Positions 1 through 9,682 are shown, counted from the first letter of the stretch. The stretch is DNA of 64,000 bases from a virus (IMGVR_UViG_2896262711_000007:15784-79783); one strand, 5' to 3'. The notes: generated by a model not told the origin, from the sequence alone. Numbers and translations: made by a program.

Positions 1-2
1 AT

Positions 3-173
3 TTCGTCACCCAACACCTGACGGGCGAGCAGCTGACCGGAGAAGCCTGGGTGGGGACCGCCAACACTGCCAGCGCCGCTGCGATCCCCATCGGCCCCGC
101 CACTGGTCCGGCGGTGGCGGGCGTTTCCGTCGCCGGTGCGGCGGGCCCGACCCTCTCCGCCGTCAGCGCCTGA
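3..173 (+). CDS. 3' end of a hypothetical phage protein (partial)
   Basis: Open frame from the window edge to TGA at 171-173, GC3-rich codons, followed by the GGAGG RBS of the next gene. Confidence 0.55.
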   Translation, partial: FVTQHLTGEQLTGEAWVGTANTASAAAIPIGPATGPAVAGVSVAGAAGPTLSAVSA

Positions 174-187
174 CGGGAGGACAGACC

Positions 188-715
188 ATGGCCCTGATCG
201 TTGAGGACGGCTCCCTTCCCGCCGGGGCCAACGCCGCGGTGACGGTGGCGGAGGTCGACACTTTCGCCGCCGACAACACGATGACCGAAGGGGTGGCGGA
301 CTGGGCGGGCGCCACGGCCCCGTCGAAGGAAGCCGCCATCCGGCAGGCGACCCGCTACCTCGCCGGCTTGCACTGGCGGGGTGCTGCCCGCGGGCGCCTC
401 GCCTTCCCGCGGTCCGGCTGCTCGGAACTGAATGGCCCTGCCATCGGCGACACCGAGATCCCTTGGCGGTACCAGGAAGCGGCGTGCCTGCTGGCGCTCA
501 AGGCGCTGGCCGGTCCGCTGCTGGAGGACACCGCTACCGGCATCCACAGTGTGAAGGCCGGCCCGGTGGATGTCGAGTTCGAACCCGGCCAGAGCGTCAG
601 TACTGAATTCACCGAGGCGATGTCGCTGCTGCGCCCTCTTCTTCAGTCCGGCACCGACTTGGCGACCGCGCCGATCTTCGGCCGGCCGGCGCCTCTTCCT
701 CCCGACGTCTTCTGA
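188..715 (+). CDS. DnaT-like / head-tail connector family phage protein
   Basis: MALIVEDG N-terminus, ATRYL...W.G, LAFPR and V..GP.DVEF motifs; GGAGG RBS. Confidence 0.7.
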   Translation: MALIVEDGSLPAGANAAVTVAEVDTFAADNTMTEGVADWAGATAPSKEAAIRQATRYLAGLHWRGAARGRLAFPRSGCSELNGPAIGDTEIPWRYQEAACLLALKALAGPLLEDTATGIHSVKAGPVDVEFEPGQSVSTEFTEAMSLLRPLLQSGTDLATAPIFGRPAPLPPDVF

Positions 716-733
716 ACCCGGAGCCGCTACCAG

Positions 734-2230
734 ATGGCCGATTCCTTCCTCGACGTGCTGAAGAGGTCGGGGGCCTCTTTCGCTGCCACGTCAACATCCC
801 CTACCCCGCTGACCTTCGGCGCTGCGCTGTTGGCCAAGGGCCACTTTCGGCACGACGACGGCAAGTTCCGCGTCGGCAAGCCGGTACCGCTCGCTGACCT
901 CTCCGACCTGGAAGCAGGTGTGCCGGCCGATGACCCAGGCCTGCTCGATGCGGTGGCGAAATACACCGCCGGGGAGACGCCGCCGCCCATCGATGTTGCG
1001 GTCGACCCCGACGGCAACCGGGTGCTGATCCGCGGCAAGAAGCGGCTGGCCGCCGCCCGCGCCACAGGGCAGGAGACGATCCCGGTGCGCTTCACCCAGG
1101 TAGCGGAGCCGTTCGGCAAGGCGGGCAACAGCGCTGCTGCTCACGCGGTGTCGGCACGCGCCCTCCAACCGATCGACGACAAGACCAGCTACCCGCCCTT
1201 CCCCTACGACCAGACGGTGTTCGCCCGGTTGCGGCCGGATCAGGTGCCGCGGTTCCTGGGCGTGCTGACCGATCCCGAGCGCTGGCCGCTCCAGACGGTG
1301 AAGCTGTCCGACCTGCTGGCGATGCAGAACCGCGTCGACACCACCAAGGTCCAGGCCAAGGTGGAGAACGGTGGGGGTGGGCACGAGCCCATCGTCGTCG
1401 CGCTGGAACCCGGCCGGCTGCACATCGCGGATGGGCACCATGATCTCACGGCGGCGTGGCTGCGCGGGGAGGACGAGAAGGCCGTGCGCTTCGCCGATCT
1501 GACGCCCGTCACCAACGTGCTGAAGGCGGACATGCCGGTGGCGGCCGGCACGAAGGTGCGGGTGAAGCCGGAACATCGCGCCGACAACTGGTTCCTGGAG
1601 CGCGTTGGCGATGCCATCGGCGAGGTGATTGCCTCCTGGGTGGTGACGGAGGGCGACAATGCCGGCGTTACGGCGCTGGCCGTCGAGTGGCTGGCGCCCG
1701 GCATCAGCGGCATGTACCGCGGGCTCGATGCAGCGAAGGTGGATGTGGTGTCAGCACCAGAGGGCGCTGGCGAAGGCGTCGCGAAGGGCGGAACGGCCAC
1801 CCCTGCGTTCACCCTCGACGCCAAGATCTGCAAGGTCGACGACGACCAGCGGCTGGTCTTCGGCTGGTTCAGCATCGTCGAGATCGACGGCGAGGCGGTC
1901 ACCGACCGGGAGGGCGACCGCGTCGCTCCGGCGGAGCTGGAGAAGGCGGCCTACGGCCATGTGCTCGACGCCCGCGTGGCGTCCGACACCCACATCCTGA
2001 TCGGCGTCGGCAACCTCGTGGAGTCCTGCATTTTCACCGTGGAGAAGCAGCAGGCGATGTTGGCATCTCTGCAAGCCATGGGCATCCCGGCGGTGCTGGA
2101 CCTCCATTGCATCGGCTGGTGGGGTGGCTACTTCATCACCGACGACAGGGTCTGGGCCGAGATCAAGGCCGGCAACTACGTCAGCTTCAGCATCGGCGGC
2201 AACGGCACGCGAACGCAGGCCACCATTTAG
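734..2230 (+). CDS. XkdF-like prohead serine protease with two N-terminal ParB/Srx-like domains
   Basis: C-terminal ICKVDDDQRLVFGW..D..GD....ELEKAAY..H..VES..GWW..W..IK.G...FSIGG; N-terminal PPIDV..LIRGKKRLAAA and PIVV..HIADGHHDLTAA. Confidence 0.75.
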   Translation: MADSFLDVLKRSGASFAATSTSPTPLTFGAALLAKGHFRHDDGKFRVGKPVPLADLSDLEAGVPADDPGLLDAVAKYTAGETPPPIDVAVDPDGNRVLIRGKKRLAAARATGQETIPVRFTQVAEPFGKAGNSAAAHAVSARALQPIDDKTSYPPFPYDQTVFARLRPDQVPRFLGVLTDPERWPLQTVKLSDLLAMQNRVDTTKVQAKVENGGGGHEPIVVALEPGRLHIADGHHDLTAAWLRGEDEKAVRFADLTPVTNVLKADMPVAAGTKVRVKPEHRADNWFLERVGDAIGEVIASWVVTEGDNAGVTALAVEWLAPGISGMYRGLDAAKVDVVSAPEGAGEGVAKGGTATPAFTLDAKICKVDDDQRLVFGWFSIVEIDGEAVTDREGDRVAPAELEKAAYGHVLDARVASDTHILIGVGNLVESCIFTVEKQQAMLASLQAMGIPAVLDLHCIGWWGGYFITDDRVWAEIKAGNYVSFSIGGNGTRTQATI

Positions 2231-2238
2231 CTTATTCC

Positions 2239-2523
2239 TCAGTCACCGAGCTTTGCACAAGACGGCTTCAAGTAATTGATATCCGAGTCTGGCTGCCTGC
2301 ATATGGCTAGCAAGCCATGATTATCCAATATGAACGTCATTCCGCGATAATTTCCAGCGTTCGGTATCACTTGTATTACTTTGTAGCCGTTTACAAGAAA
2401 CTGACGCATAGGTTGCTCATCCTTTACAAACCCTGTGGGCCAAGCTTCTTCTTTGCTCTGCGCATAAGCACCATGTGCAGTAAGAAAACCGAAGCACATC
2501 GCCAAAACAAAAATACGCATCAT
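2239..2523 (-). CDS. Low-GC moron, small exported protein
   Basis: AT-rich, antisense to the head operon; signal-peptide-like MRIFVLAMCFGFLTAHGAYA. Confidence 0.6.
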   Translation of the reverse strand: MMRIFVLAMCFGFLTAHGAYAQSKEEAWPTGFVKDEQPMRQFLVNGYKVIQVIPNAGNYRGMTFILDNHGLLAICRQPDSDINYLKPSCAKLGD

Positions 2524-2693
2524 AACCTCGTGTGACGTTATATTCACGCTAAGCGTGTGTGCGCTGTCGTATATCATCCACACACGGCAAATCCAGCGAA
2601 TTGATGGCCATAAGAAGGCCAGAAAAGAACGCATCACAGCTGATGCGACAATTCGACGCCAACCCTGTGCTCAAAATCCTGCGAGGCCCGCCG

Positions 2694-4148
2694 ATGTCGG
2701 AAAAGCCCGTCGCCGACCTCTCCAACATGCAGATCACGGAAGTCGCCGTCTGCCGGCAAGGCATGAACCAGGGTGCCAAGGTGGCGCTCTTCAAGTCGGC
2801 CGACGGCACGCCATCCCCTTCCACCAGCAGCGAGGTTCCCTCGATGTCCACTGCCTCCGGCGCGGCACCGCCCGGCGCCATCTCCAAGAACGAGACTCCC
2901 GCCTTCACCCCTTGCAACGACTGTCCCGATCCTGCTGCCTGCACCAAGGCCGGTGCCTGCTCCATCGAGAAGGGCAACTGCAAGGCCCCGGTGACTAAGG
3001 CCCCGGCCCTGGCCGTCCCCACCGCTACGCCCGTCGCCGATCCCCTCGCCAAGTCGGCGAAGGAGATCATGGACGACTTGTTCAAGGGCATCGCCAACCC
3101 GGCGCCCGGTCTCGTCGCGGGCGTGATGAAGGCGGTCGCCGACGCCAAGGACATCGGCGGTGCGGAGGTCAAAAAGGCTACCGACGCCATCGACACCGGC
3201 GCCGCCGCCCTGGCGAAGGCGGACGATGAAGACGCCAAGACGTTCAGCCAGGTTCTGCCCGCGGAACTGGCCTGGAACGAGATGTGGCGGATGAACGACG
3301 CCCTGAACACCTCGTTCGGTTCGATCCTGCGATCCACCGAAGACGATGCCTCCAAGATCCAGATGATCGAGGCGTCGCTCGACGAATTCCGGACCATCGT
3401 CGGCCGGCGCATGGCCGCGCTCATCGCCGCCGCCAATGCCGGCACCGACGCGCTGATCAAGTCCGGCCCGGCGGGCGCCGCCGGCGCACAGACGTCCCAC
3501 ACCACCCCCGTCAACAAGGGAGACATTGCCGTGAGCGGCAACGCCAACAACACGAACCTTTCCGACACTCTCGCCAAGGCCGCCACCGTCGACGACATCA
3601 TCAAGGCCCTGCCGGACGGCGCCGCCAAGCTGGTGACCGACGCAATCGCCAAAGGCGGCCAGACCACCCAGGAGGATCCGATCGCCAAGGCGCTGGCGAC
3701 CGACCCCATCCTGAAGGCCCGCTTCGAGGCCATGCAGAAGACCATCGACGAAACCACCGCCCTCGCCAAGGCCGAGAAGGAAGCCCGCGAGCACACCGCC
3801 CGCGTCGCCAAGGCCGGCACCGATTACCCGCACCTGCCGACCTCGGCCGAAAACATGGCCGGCGTCCTGAAGGCCATGGAAGGCCTGGACGAACCCGTAC
3901 GCAAGACGCTGGAGGAAGTCCTGAAGGCCGGCAACGAGGCCATCGGCAAGAAGGTGCTGGGCGGCGAAATCGGCAAGTCCGGCGGCAGCACGGCGGCGGC
4001 CGGCGAAGCGGAGACCATCGTCAAGGCGAAGGCGGAAGAACTGCGCAAGGCCATGCCGAGCCTGACCGAGCATCAGGCCATCGCCAAGGTCTACAACGAC
4101 CACCCCGACCTCTACACCCGCGTCCAGGCGGAGAGCCGCCCCGGCTGA
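2694..4148 (+). CDS. Capsid scaffold-like protein
   Basis: Lies between protease and capsid genes; N-terminal ITEVAVC..GMNQ.AKVALFK; helical and Ala/Lys-rich; start chosen at the ATG after GAGG. Confidence 0.65.
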   Translation: MSEKPVADLSNMQITEVAVCRQGMNQGAKVALFKSADGTPSPSTSSEVPSMSTASGAAPPGAISKNETPAFTPCNDCPDPAACTKAGACSIEKGNCKAPVTKAPALAVPTATPVADPLAKSAKEIMDDLFKGIANPAPGLVAGVMKAVADAKDIGGAEVKKATDAIDTGAAALAKADDEDAKTFSQVLPAELAWNEMWRMNDALNTSFGSILRSTEDDASKIQMIEASLDEFRTIVGRRMAALIAAANAGTDALIKSGPAGAAGAQTSHTTPVNKGDIAVSGNANNTNLSDTLAKAATVDDIIKALPDGAAKLVTDAIAKGGQTTQEDPIAKALATDPILKARFEAMQKTIDETTALAKAEKEAREHTARVAKAGTDYPHLPTSAENMAGVLKAMEGLDEPVRKTLEEVLKAGNEAIGKKVLGGEIGKSGGSTAAAGEAETIVKAKAEELRKAMPSLTEHQAIAKVYNDHPDLYTRVQAESRPG

Positions 4149-4206
4149 ACCCACTCCCTGGCGCCCGCTGACCCACCATTCCGCAGACCATAGGAGGACC
4201 TGACCC

Positions 4207-4596
4207 ATGGGTCTCGCTTACGAAGCAAACATGACCCGCATCGGCACGTTCGTTGCCGGCGAGGACATGACCGACCACCAATACAAGGCCGTGATACTCT
4301 CCACGACCGCCGACGACACCGCCGTCAAGCCGACCGGTCAGGGCGTCCGCTGCATCGGCATCCTGCAGAACGCGCCGAAGGCCGGCCAGCAGTGCGACAT
4401 CTGCATCGCGGGTATCTCCCCGGTGATCGGCGGCGCCTCCGTTACGCGCGGCAGCACCGTCACGGTCAACGCCGCGGACGGTGAAGTCGGGCCCGCCAGT
4501 TCCGGCGACTATGTGTTGGGCATCCTGACGCAGAGCATCACCGACGGCGCCAAGCAGTCGATGCTCGTTCAGCCGCAGCTCGTGCCGCTCGCCTGA
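4207..4596 (+). CDS. Capsid decoration/cement protein (DUF2190-like)
   Basis: Small beta-rich protein just upstream of the MCP; GILQNAP.AGQ and G...V..G..VT.G motifs; AGGAGG RBS. Confidence 0.65.
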   Translation: MGLAYEANMTRIGTFVAGEDMTDHQYKAVILSTTADDTAVKPTGQGVRCIGILQNAPKAGQQCDICIAGISPVIGGASVTRGSTVTVNAADGEVGPASSGDYVLGILTQSITDGAKQSMLVQPQLVPLA

Positions 4597-4664
4597 CGGG
4601 CGCCCCGCCGACCTGACCAAACCCAGCATTCAATCGGACCAATCGGATAAGGAGACTTTCCGAA

Positions 4665-5633
4665 ATGCCCTCGCCTACCCTGAACATGGCCCATGTGGAC
4701 CGCCCGTTGACGAACATGTCGATTGCCTACATGCAGTCGGCAACGGGCTTCGTCTTCAATCGGGTCTTCCCTCTCGTGTACGTCGAGAAGGAGAGCGACA
4801 AGTATTACGTCTTCGACATTGAGACCTTCCTGCGCGGTCGGGCGCGGCGTCGCGCTGACGGAACCGAGTCCGCTGGCGGCGGCTATAAGCTGTCGACTGA
4901 CAGCTACTCGCTTGGCGATCCGTTCGCATTCCACAAGGATGTGACGAAGCGTGAGCGGGACAACGCCGATAAGCCGCTCGATCCGGACCGGAACGCCACC
5001 GATTTCGTGACTCAGAACATCCTGATCACCGCCGAGGAAGAGTGGGTCGGCAACTTCTTCAAGCCGGGTGTCTGGGACGGCCAGAAGATTGGCGGCGACA
5101 CCACGCCCTTCTGGAACGACTATGCGTCCAGCAACCCGATCACTGCCGTCGCGGATGCTCGGCTGTGGATCTGGAAGAACACCGGCCGCAAGCCGAACAA
5201 GTTCACCGTCGATCCGACGACCGACGAGGTGCTGAAGAACCACCCGCTCATCCTCGACCGGACCGAGGGGCAGGTGATCGACGCCAATGTGCTGGCGAAG
5301 CTGTTCGAGGTGGATGAATACCTCGTCGCCGGCGGCGTCCATCGCACCGGGGCGGAAGGGGTCGGCACCGGCGACTTCATCGCCGGGAAGCACGCCCTGC
5401 TGTCCTACGCTGCGCCGAATCCGGCGAAGGAGATGCCGTCCTGTGGTTACACCTTCGCCAAGACCGGCTCCGGCGTCGAAGGTGTCGACAAGGGCGTGCG
5501 TATCGCCCGCATCCCGATGGACGTGCTCGGCATCGGCACCCAACGCATCGAGGGCGAGCTGTTCATCAACGCCAAGGTGACCGGCCAGCCGCTGGGCTTC
5601 TTCTTCGCCGACATTGTCGAGCAAGTGGCATGA
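4665..5633 (+). CDS. Major capsid protein
   Basis: 322 aa; HVDRPLTNMSIAY.Q...F....FP.V.V.KESDKYY N-terminus typical of HK97-fold gpE-like capsids; AAGGAG RBS. Confidence 0.8.
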   Translation: MPSPTLNMAHVDRPLTNMSIAYMQSATGFVFNRVFPLVYVEKESDKYYVFDIETFLRGRARRRADGTESAGGGYKLSTDSYSLGDPFAFHKDVTKRERDNADKPLDPDRNATDFVTQNILITAEEEWVGNFFKPGVWDGQKIGGDTTPFWNDYASSNPITAVADARLWIWKNTGRKPNKFTVDPTTDEVLKNHPLILDRTEGQVIDANVLAKLFEVDEYLVAGGVHRTGAEGVGTGDFIAGKHALLSYAAPNPAKEMPSCGYTFAKTGSGVEGVDKGVRIARIPMDVLGIGTQRIEGELFINAKVTGQPLGFFFADIVEQVA

Positions 5634-6235
5634 TGAAGGAAGCCATTGGCCAGTTCGGTGGGAGGGTGCGCAAGCCCCTCCGCACTGGCATCGGTGTTCT
5701 CTGCATCGGCACGGAGATCACCGCCGAACAGGCCGCGAAATGGCCCACGCAGAACCGCATGGCCATGGCCCGGACGGAGCATGTGTTCTGGTATCCGGCA
5801 CCCTTCCAGAGCGAAGCCCCCACCGAAGGGACCGGCCCGGCGGACAGCGGCGCGCAACCCGAAACGGCGACGGCAACGGTCGCGCTGGGGGCGGGCATGG
5901 AGCCCGCGGTGACCAGCGTTACCTCCGCCGAGAAGGCGGATGGTGACACCTCCCCCACCGCGCCAACGGCTTCGTCGACCACGGCAACCAAAGGAGCCGG
6001 ACCGGCGGGCACTGCAGAGCAGACGGAGCCGCCTCCGAGCGGTCAGCCTGCCTCACCACCTGCTGGCCCGGGCCTGCCGACCATCGACCCCGAAACGGCC
6101 GAGCGTGACGAGCTGCGCGCCTGGCTGATCAAGGCCGGTGACGAGCCGGCCCCGGCGCTCGGAACCGACAAGCTCCGTCAGCGGGTCCGCGACAAGCTCG
6201 CGCTCTCCTCCGGCGGCAGCAACCAGGAGGGATAA
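5630..6235 (+). CDS. Hypothetical protein with low-complexity linker and C-terminal HeH-like helix pair
   Basis: Overlaps the MCP stop (ATGA); C-terminal ERDELRAWL....LGTDKLRQRV. Confidence 0.55.
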   Translation: MMKEAIGQFGGRVRKPLRTGIGVLCIGTEITAEQAAKWPTQNRMAMARTEHVFWYPAPFQSEAPTEGTGPADSGAQPETATATVALGAGMEPAVTSVTSAEKADGDTSPTAPTASSTTATKGAGPAGTAEQTEPPPSGQPASPPAGPGLPTIDPETAERDELRAWLIKAGDEPAPALGTDKLRQRVRDKLALSSGGSNQEG

Positions 6236-6241
6236 GCCATC

Positions 6242-6589
6242 ATGAACGTCGAAAAGCGTTTCCAGGGAGGCATCGCCGTCGGCGGCATCCAGGTGGGCAA
6301 TGGTACCGGGATCAAGGCGGTGACCATCTTCCATGCCCCGGTCGCCGCGAGCAACGTCGCTGCGGCATCGACAGCTACCAGCACCATCACGGCCACCGGT
6401 GTGAAGGCGGGGGACATCCTGATCGGCTTTCAGCCCCCCGCGGTTGCCGGTCATCTGAAGCCGGTGACGGCGCGGGTTTCGGCCAATGACACCATCGAGG
6501 TGACCTGGGTGAACCCGACGGCCGGTCAGCTTTCCTTCAACAGCGGCGTCGCGACGGCCGCCTTCACCGTGCTTCGACCGTTCGCGTAA
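6242..6589 (+). CDS. Virion structural (Ig/beta-sandwich-like) protein
   Basis: TITATGVKAGD..I and ARVSANDTIEV..N.T pattern seen in phage decoration proteins; GGAGG RBS. Confidence 0.55.
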   Translation: MNVEKRFQGGIAVGGIQVGNGTGIKAVTIFHAPVAASNVAAASTATSTITATGVKAGDILIGFQPPAVAGHLKPVTARVSANDTIEVTWVNPTAGQLSFNSGVATAAFTVLRPFA

Positions 6590-6685
6590 CGGCGGACTGC
6601 CCAGCACCGCGGCGGATGCGGCTCCTCGGACCTCATCCGCCTCCTTCCTGCCGGCGGCGCCGGCACTTCTGGGAGAAAGACCGCC

Positions 6686-7186
6686 ATGCGCATCGCCGCA
6701 CGCCTGACAATGGGGCTGCTGGTCGGCGCGATAGCCCTCATCGCCGTCGCCGCTGACGCTCAGCAGCAGCTTCCCTCACCGCCCATCCCTCAGCACATCG
6801 ACAGCTTTTCGACCGCGGTTGGGTCGCTGCTGCAGATCCTCTACACCGGCGGGCCGCTGGTGATGATCGTCACCATCCTGTGCTTCTTCGCGACCACCGC
6901 GTGGCTGATCTACTGGCTTCGCTTCATCGTCAGACCCATCGGCTCACTGCTCATCATGTTCCGGCGGGGAACAACCGAGCGGGAGCAGGAGCTTGAGAGG
7001 AAGCTGGCCGCAGCGGAGCGGAAGCTGTCCCGCATGGAGGGGGTTGTCGAGAAGATGCAACACCAGCTCGAAGAGCAGGCCCGCATCCTCGATGCCATAG
7101 CCCCGTTCGTCGACCCCACCAAGTTCGACCCAGAGGCTTTGCGCAACCTCTTCCGGGGAGCGGCACCGGTGCCGCAAGGGGCATGA
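6686..7186 (+). CDS. Membrane protein with C-terminal coiled coil
   Basis: Hydrophobic N-terminal and central segments, then heptad-rich ELERKLAAAERKLSRMEG. Confidence 0.55.
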   Translation: MRIAARLTMGLLVGAIALIAVAADAQQQLPSPPIPQHIDSFSTAVGSLLQILYTGGPLVMIVTILCFFATTAWLIYWLRFIVRPIGSLLIMFRRGTTEREQELERKLAAAERKLSRMEGVVEKMQHQLEEQARILDAIAPFVDPTKFDPEALRNLFRGAAPVPQGA

Positions 7187-7773
7187 CCACCCGCCTCTTC
7201 CGAACCATCGCCCGGACCGTCGCCAAGGCGGTCCCGGCCGCCGGCGCAGCCTATGACCTCCTCCTGCAGCAGGAGGTCAGCGGCACAGCAACCGTCGACG
7301 GAACCTTCTCCGAAGGCGCGGCTACGATCGACATCAGCGGCATCCCTGCTGGGTTCGGGCCCGGCCTTCTGATCGGCGACAAGCTGAAGGTCGGCGCCGA
7401 TCCGACGACTTATACCGTGGTCGCTCCGGCCGCGGTGGCAACTGGGAGGGCAGCGGGAGTGGCCCTCTCCCCTCCCCTTTCCTACCAAGCGAACGACGGC
7501 GGCGCCGTCGACATCGCCCGGTCAGCCTCGCACTTCTGCAAGGGGCTGGAGACCGCCTTCGCCGCCTATTCCATCGCGCAAAGCGATGTGTGCGCCACGG
7601 ACGTCAAAGTGCTGATCCTGGCAGGCACGCTGCCGGCTGGCGTCAGCCCTCAGCCGGGCGACCGCATCACCACGCCGAACCGGATCGTGACCATCGTCCC
7701 CGCAGGAACGCCCGGCCGCCCCGCGGTGGTCACTGACCCCGCTGGGGCTACCCATGAATGCCGGTGTGCCTGA
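7183..7773 (+). CDS. Head-closure / head-tail joining protein
   Basis: Position in the neck cluster; DVKVLILA..L....PQPGDRI...DPAGA motif; ATGA coupling. Confidence 0.6.
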   Translation: MTTRLFRTIARTVAKAVPAAGAAYDLLLQQEVSGTATVDGTFSEGAATIDISGIPAGFGPGLLIGDKLKVGADPTTYTVVAPAAVATGRAAGVALSPPLSYQANDGGAVDIARSASHFCKGLETAFAAYSIAQSDVCATDVKVLILAGTLPAGVSPQPGDRITTPNRIVTIVPAGTPGRPAVVTDPAGATHECRCA

Positions 7774-8228
7774 GCAGGCACCCTCCACAACCGGACCATA
7801 GCCATAATCGACCTCACAAACCCGCTGTACACAGCAGCGTCAAGCTACGACGCCCGTCGCTCTGGGACGGGCTCCATCACCCGTCCCAACCAGCTCGGCC
7901 AGCCGTTTCCAAGGGGACACCGCCGCACCTATGTTCATGCCGATGCGGAGCAGGTTGCCGTACTCGCTAAGCGTGTCTACGGCTTTGCCAAAGCCGTCTC
8001 CTGTCCCATCGTGCCGAGGAAACCGGCCCATGCGATCAGGAAAAATCCAGACAGATTGAAGCGAAGGTGATTGGAAGCGATGGTCGCGATTCAGAAAAGC
8101 GGCACATTGATTGAGGTATTTATGTAGGAAATGAAATTCTTAGGAATGAAAGTTTTGAATTTAACTTGCAGCATTTTACTCATTTGGCATACGGTGAATA
8201 TAGAAAAAGCATTCATTGGAGAGATGCC

Positions 8229-8669
8229 ATGGAAACCAATGCGCCGGTCAGCAAGGTGGAGTTGACGGAACTGACTGCAAAAATCGTCGCAGCCTACGTC
8301 AGTAAGAACACTCTGCCTCATGACCAGCTTCCGGCCGTCATCAGCACGGTCTACAGCTCCATCGCCAATGCAGGCCAACCGCAAATTACGGTGGTCGAGG
8401 CCAGCAGCAAGCCGCCCGCCGTGCCGATCAAAAAGTCGGTCGCGGCGGACTTCATTATCTGCCTGGAGGATGGGAAGAAACTGAAGATGCTGAAGCGGTA
8501 TCTCCGGACGACCTACAACCTCTCGCCCGAAGAATATCGCGCGAAGTGGGGCCTGCCGCCGGAATACCCGATGGTCGCCCCAAACTACGCAAAGGCGCGG
8601 TCGGAAATGGCGATCAACCTCGGTCTCGGCCGCAAGGCTGGATCGAATGCGCCGCGCCGCGCAGCATAG
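8229..8669 (+). CDS. mucR: MucR/Ros family transcriptional regulator (H-NS-like silencer)
   Basis: ELTAKIVAAYVSKN, PAVPIKKSV, IICLEDGKKLKMLKRYL, EYRAKWGLP..YPMVAPNY; AT-rich upstream region. Confidence 0.95.
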   Translation: METNAPVSKVELTELTAKIVAAYVSKNTLPHDQLPAVISTVYSSIANAGQPQITVVEASSKPPAVPIKKSVAADFIICLEDGKKLKMLKRYLRTTYNLSPEEYRAKWGLPPEYPMVAPNYAKARSEMAINLGLGRKAGSNAPRRAA

Positions 8670-8762
8670 CCGCAGCATCGCAGCTTAGGCCCAGTCCTCC
8701 CGGCTATCAGGGGCGTCAACGGTTAGGCCGGGGACGCCCCTGCGTTTTTGGGAGAGCCTTCG

Positions 8763-9221
8763 ATGACAGCCTTTACCATCCGCCCTGGATCAAAGGGCGG
8801 CCTCATCGACTTCAACGCCAACCTCAAGGCTTTTGCCGATTCCGTAGATGCCACCGTAGAGGTCGCCGCGCGCAAGATCGCGCAGGCGCTCTACAATGGC
8901 GTCGTGCAGCGGACGCCCGTCGACACCGGCTTCGCCCGTAGCCAATGGCAGATCCTTCTCGAAGGCGACGAGGTCGCAGTCCGTCCGGTCGGCGACCACA
9001 CCGCGGAAGACCTTGCGAAGCTCTCGACCTTCACCACGGTTGGAACCGGCTCCATCCTGATCGCCAACGGCGCCATCTACATCAAGAAGCTGGAGTACGA
9101 GGGGCACAGCCAGCAGGCACCGGAGGGCATGGCACGCGTCACCCTGGCGGAGGTGCAGGCCCAGATGGACATGATCATGAAGGCTGCCGCTCAGGAAGCG
9201 GCCGGCCGCAGGAAGCCCTGA
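8763..9221 (+). CDS. HK97 gp10-like tail completion protein
   Basis: RTPVDTG.AR..W, NGA.YI..LEY.GHS.QAP.GM. Confidence 0.85.
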   Translation: MTAFTIRPGSKGGLIDFNANLKAFADSVDATVEVAARKIAQALYNGVVQRTPVDTGFARSQWQILLEGDEVAVRPVGDHTAEDLAKLSTFTTVGTGSILIANGAIYIKKLEYEGHSQQAPEGMARVTLAEVQAQMDMIMKAAAQEAAGRRKP

Positions 9222-9223
9222 CC

Positions 9224-9682
9224 ATGGCGGTGACCAACGGCTACGGCGCCGAATGGCTGCTCCTCTTCGGCGTTCTGGAGACGGGCTGGATGAGGCGGCA
9301 TCGGGAATTCCCGGTCGCGAAGCCATGGGGCAAGGAGGTGAACCGCGACATCGATTGCAAGGTCAATGGCCAGCCGATCCCATATCTGCGGCTGTCGCGC
9401 CGCGGTGCCGGCGGGCAGCCTATCGAGATCGGCAGCCCTGGGGCCAACTCCAGCGCATTCACTAGCCTCTGCATCGTCGACATCTTCGTGCCAAAGAATG
9501 ACGGCGCCCCGCTCGCCTCCGCGTATGGGGACGAGCTCATGGACGACTTCGCAGCCTTCTTCCGCGAACCGGGTCTGCTCCGTCTCCGCCGGAGCCATTA
9601 CAGCGACGTCGGAACGGAGTCGACCGGCGTCTGGTACCAGGGGTCGCTGACCATCACCTATGAGCGCCACCGCGCCCAGTAG
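9224..9682 (+). CDS. Tail terminator-like protein
   Basis: Directly precedes the tail tube; YLRL, VDIFVP..G, WYQ..L.I.Y motifs. Confidence 0.7.
   Translation: MAVTNGYGAEWLLLFGVLETGWMRRHREFPVAKPWGKEVNRDIDCKVNGQPIPYLRLSRRGAGGQPIEIGSPGANSSAFTSLCIVDIFVPKNDGAPLASAYGDELMDDFAAFFREPGLLRLRRSHYSDVGTESTGVWYQGSLTITYERHRAQ

Noticed and set aside
7774-8090. Short ORFs between the head-closure gene and mucR
   Set aside because: No recognisable motif or RBS; probably decayed insert sequence.
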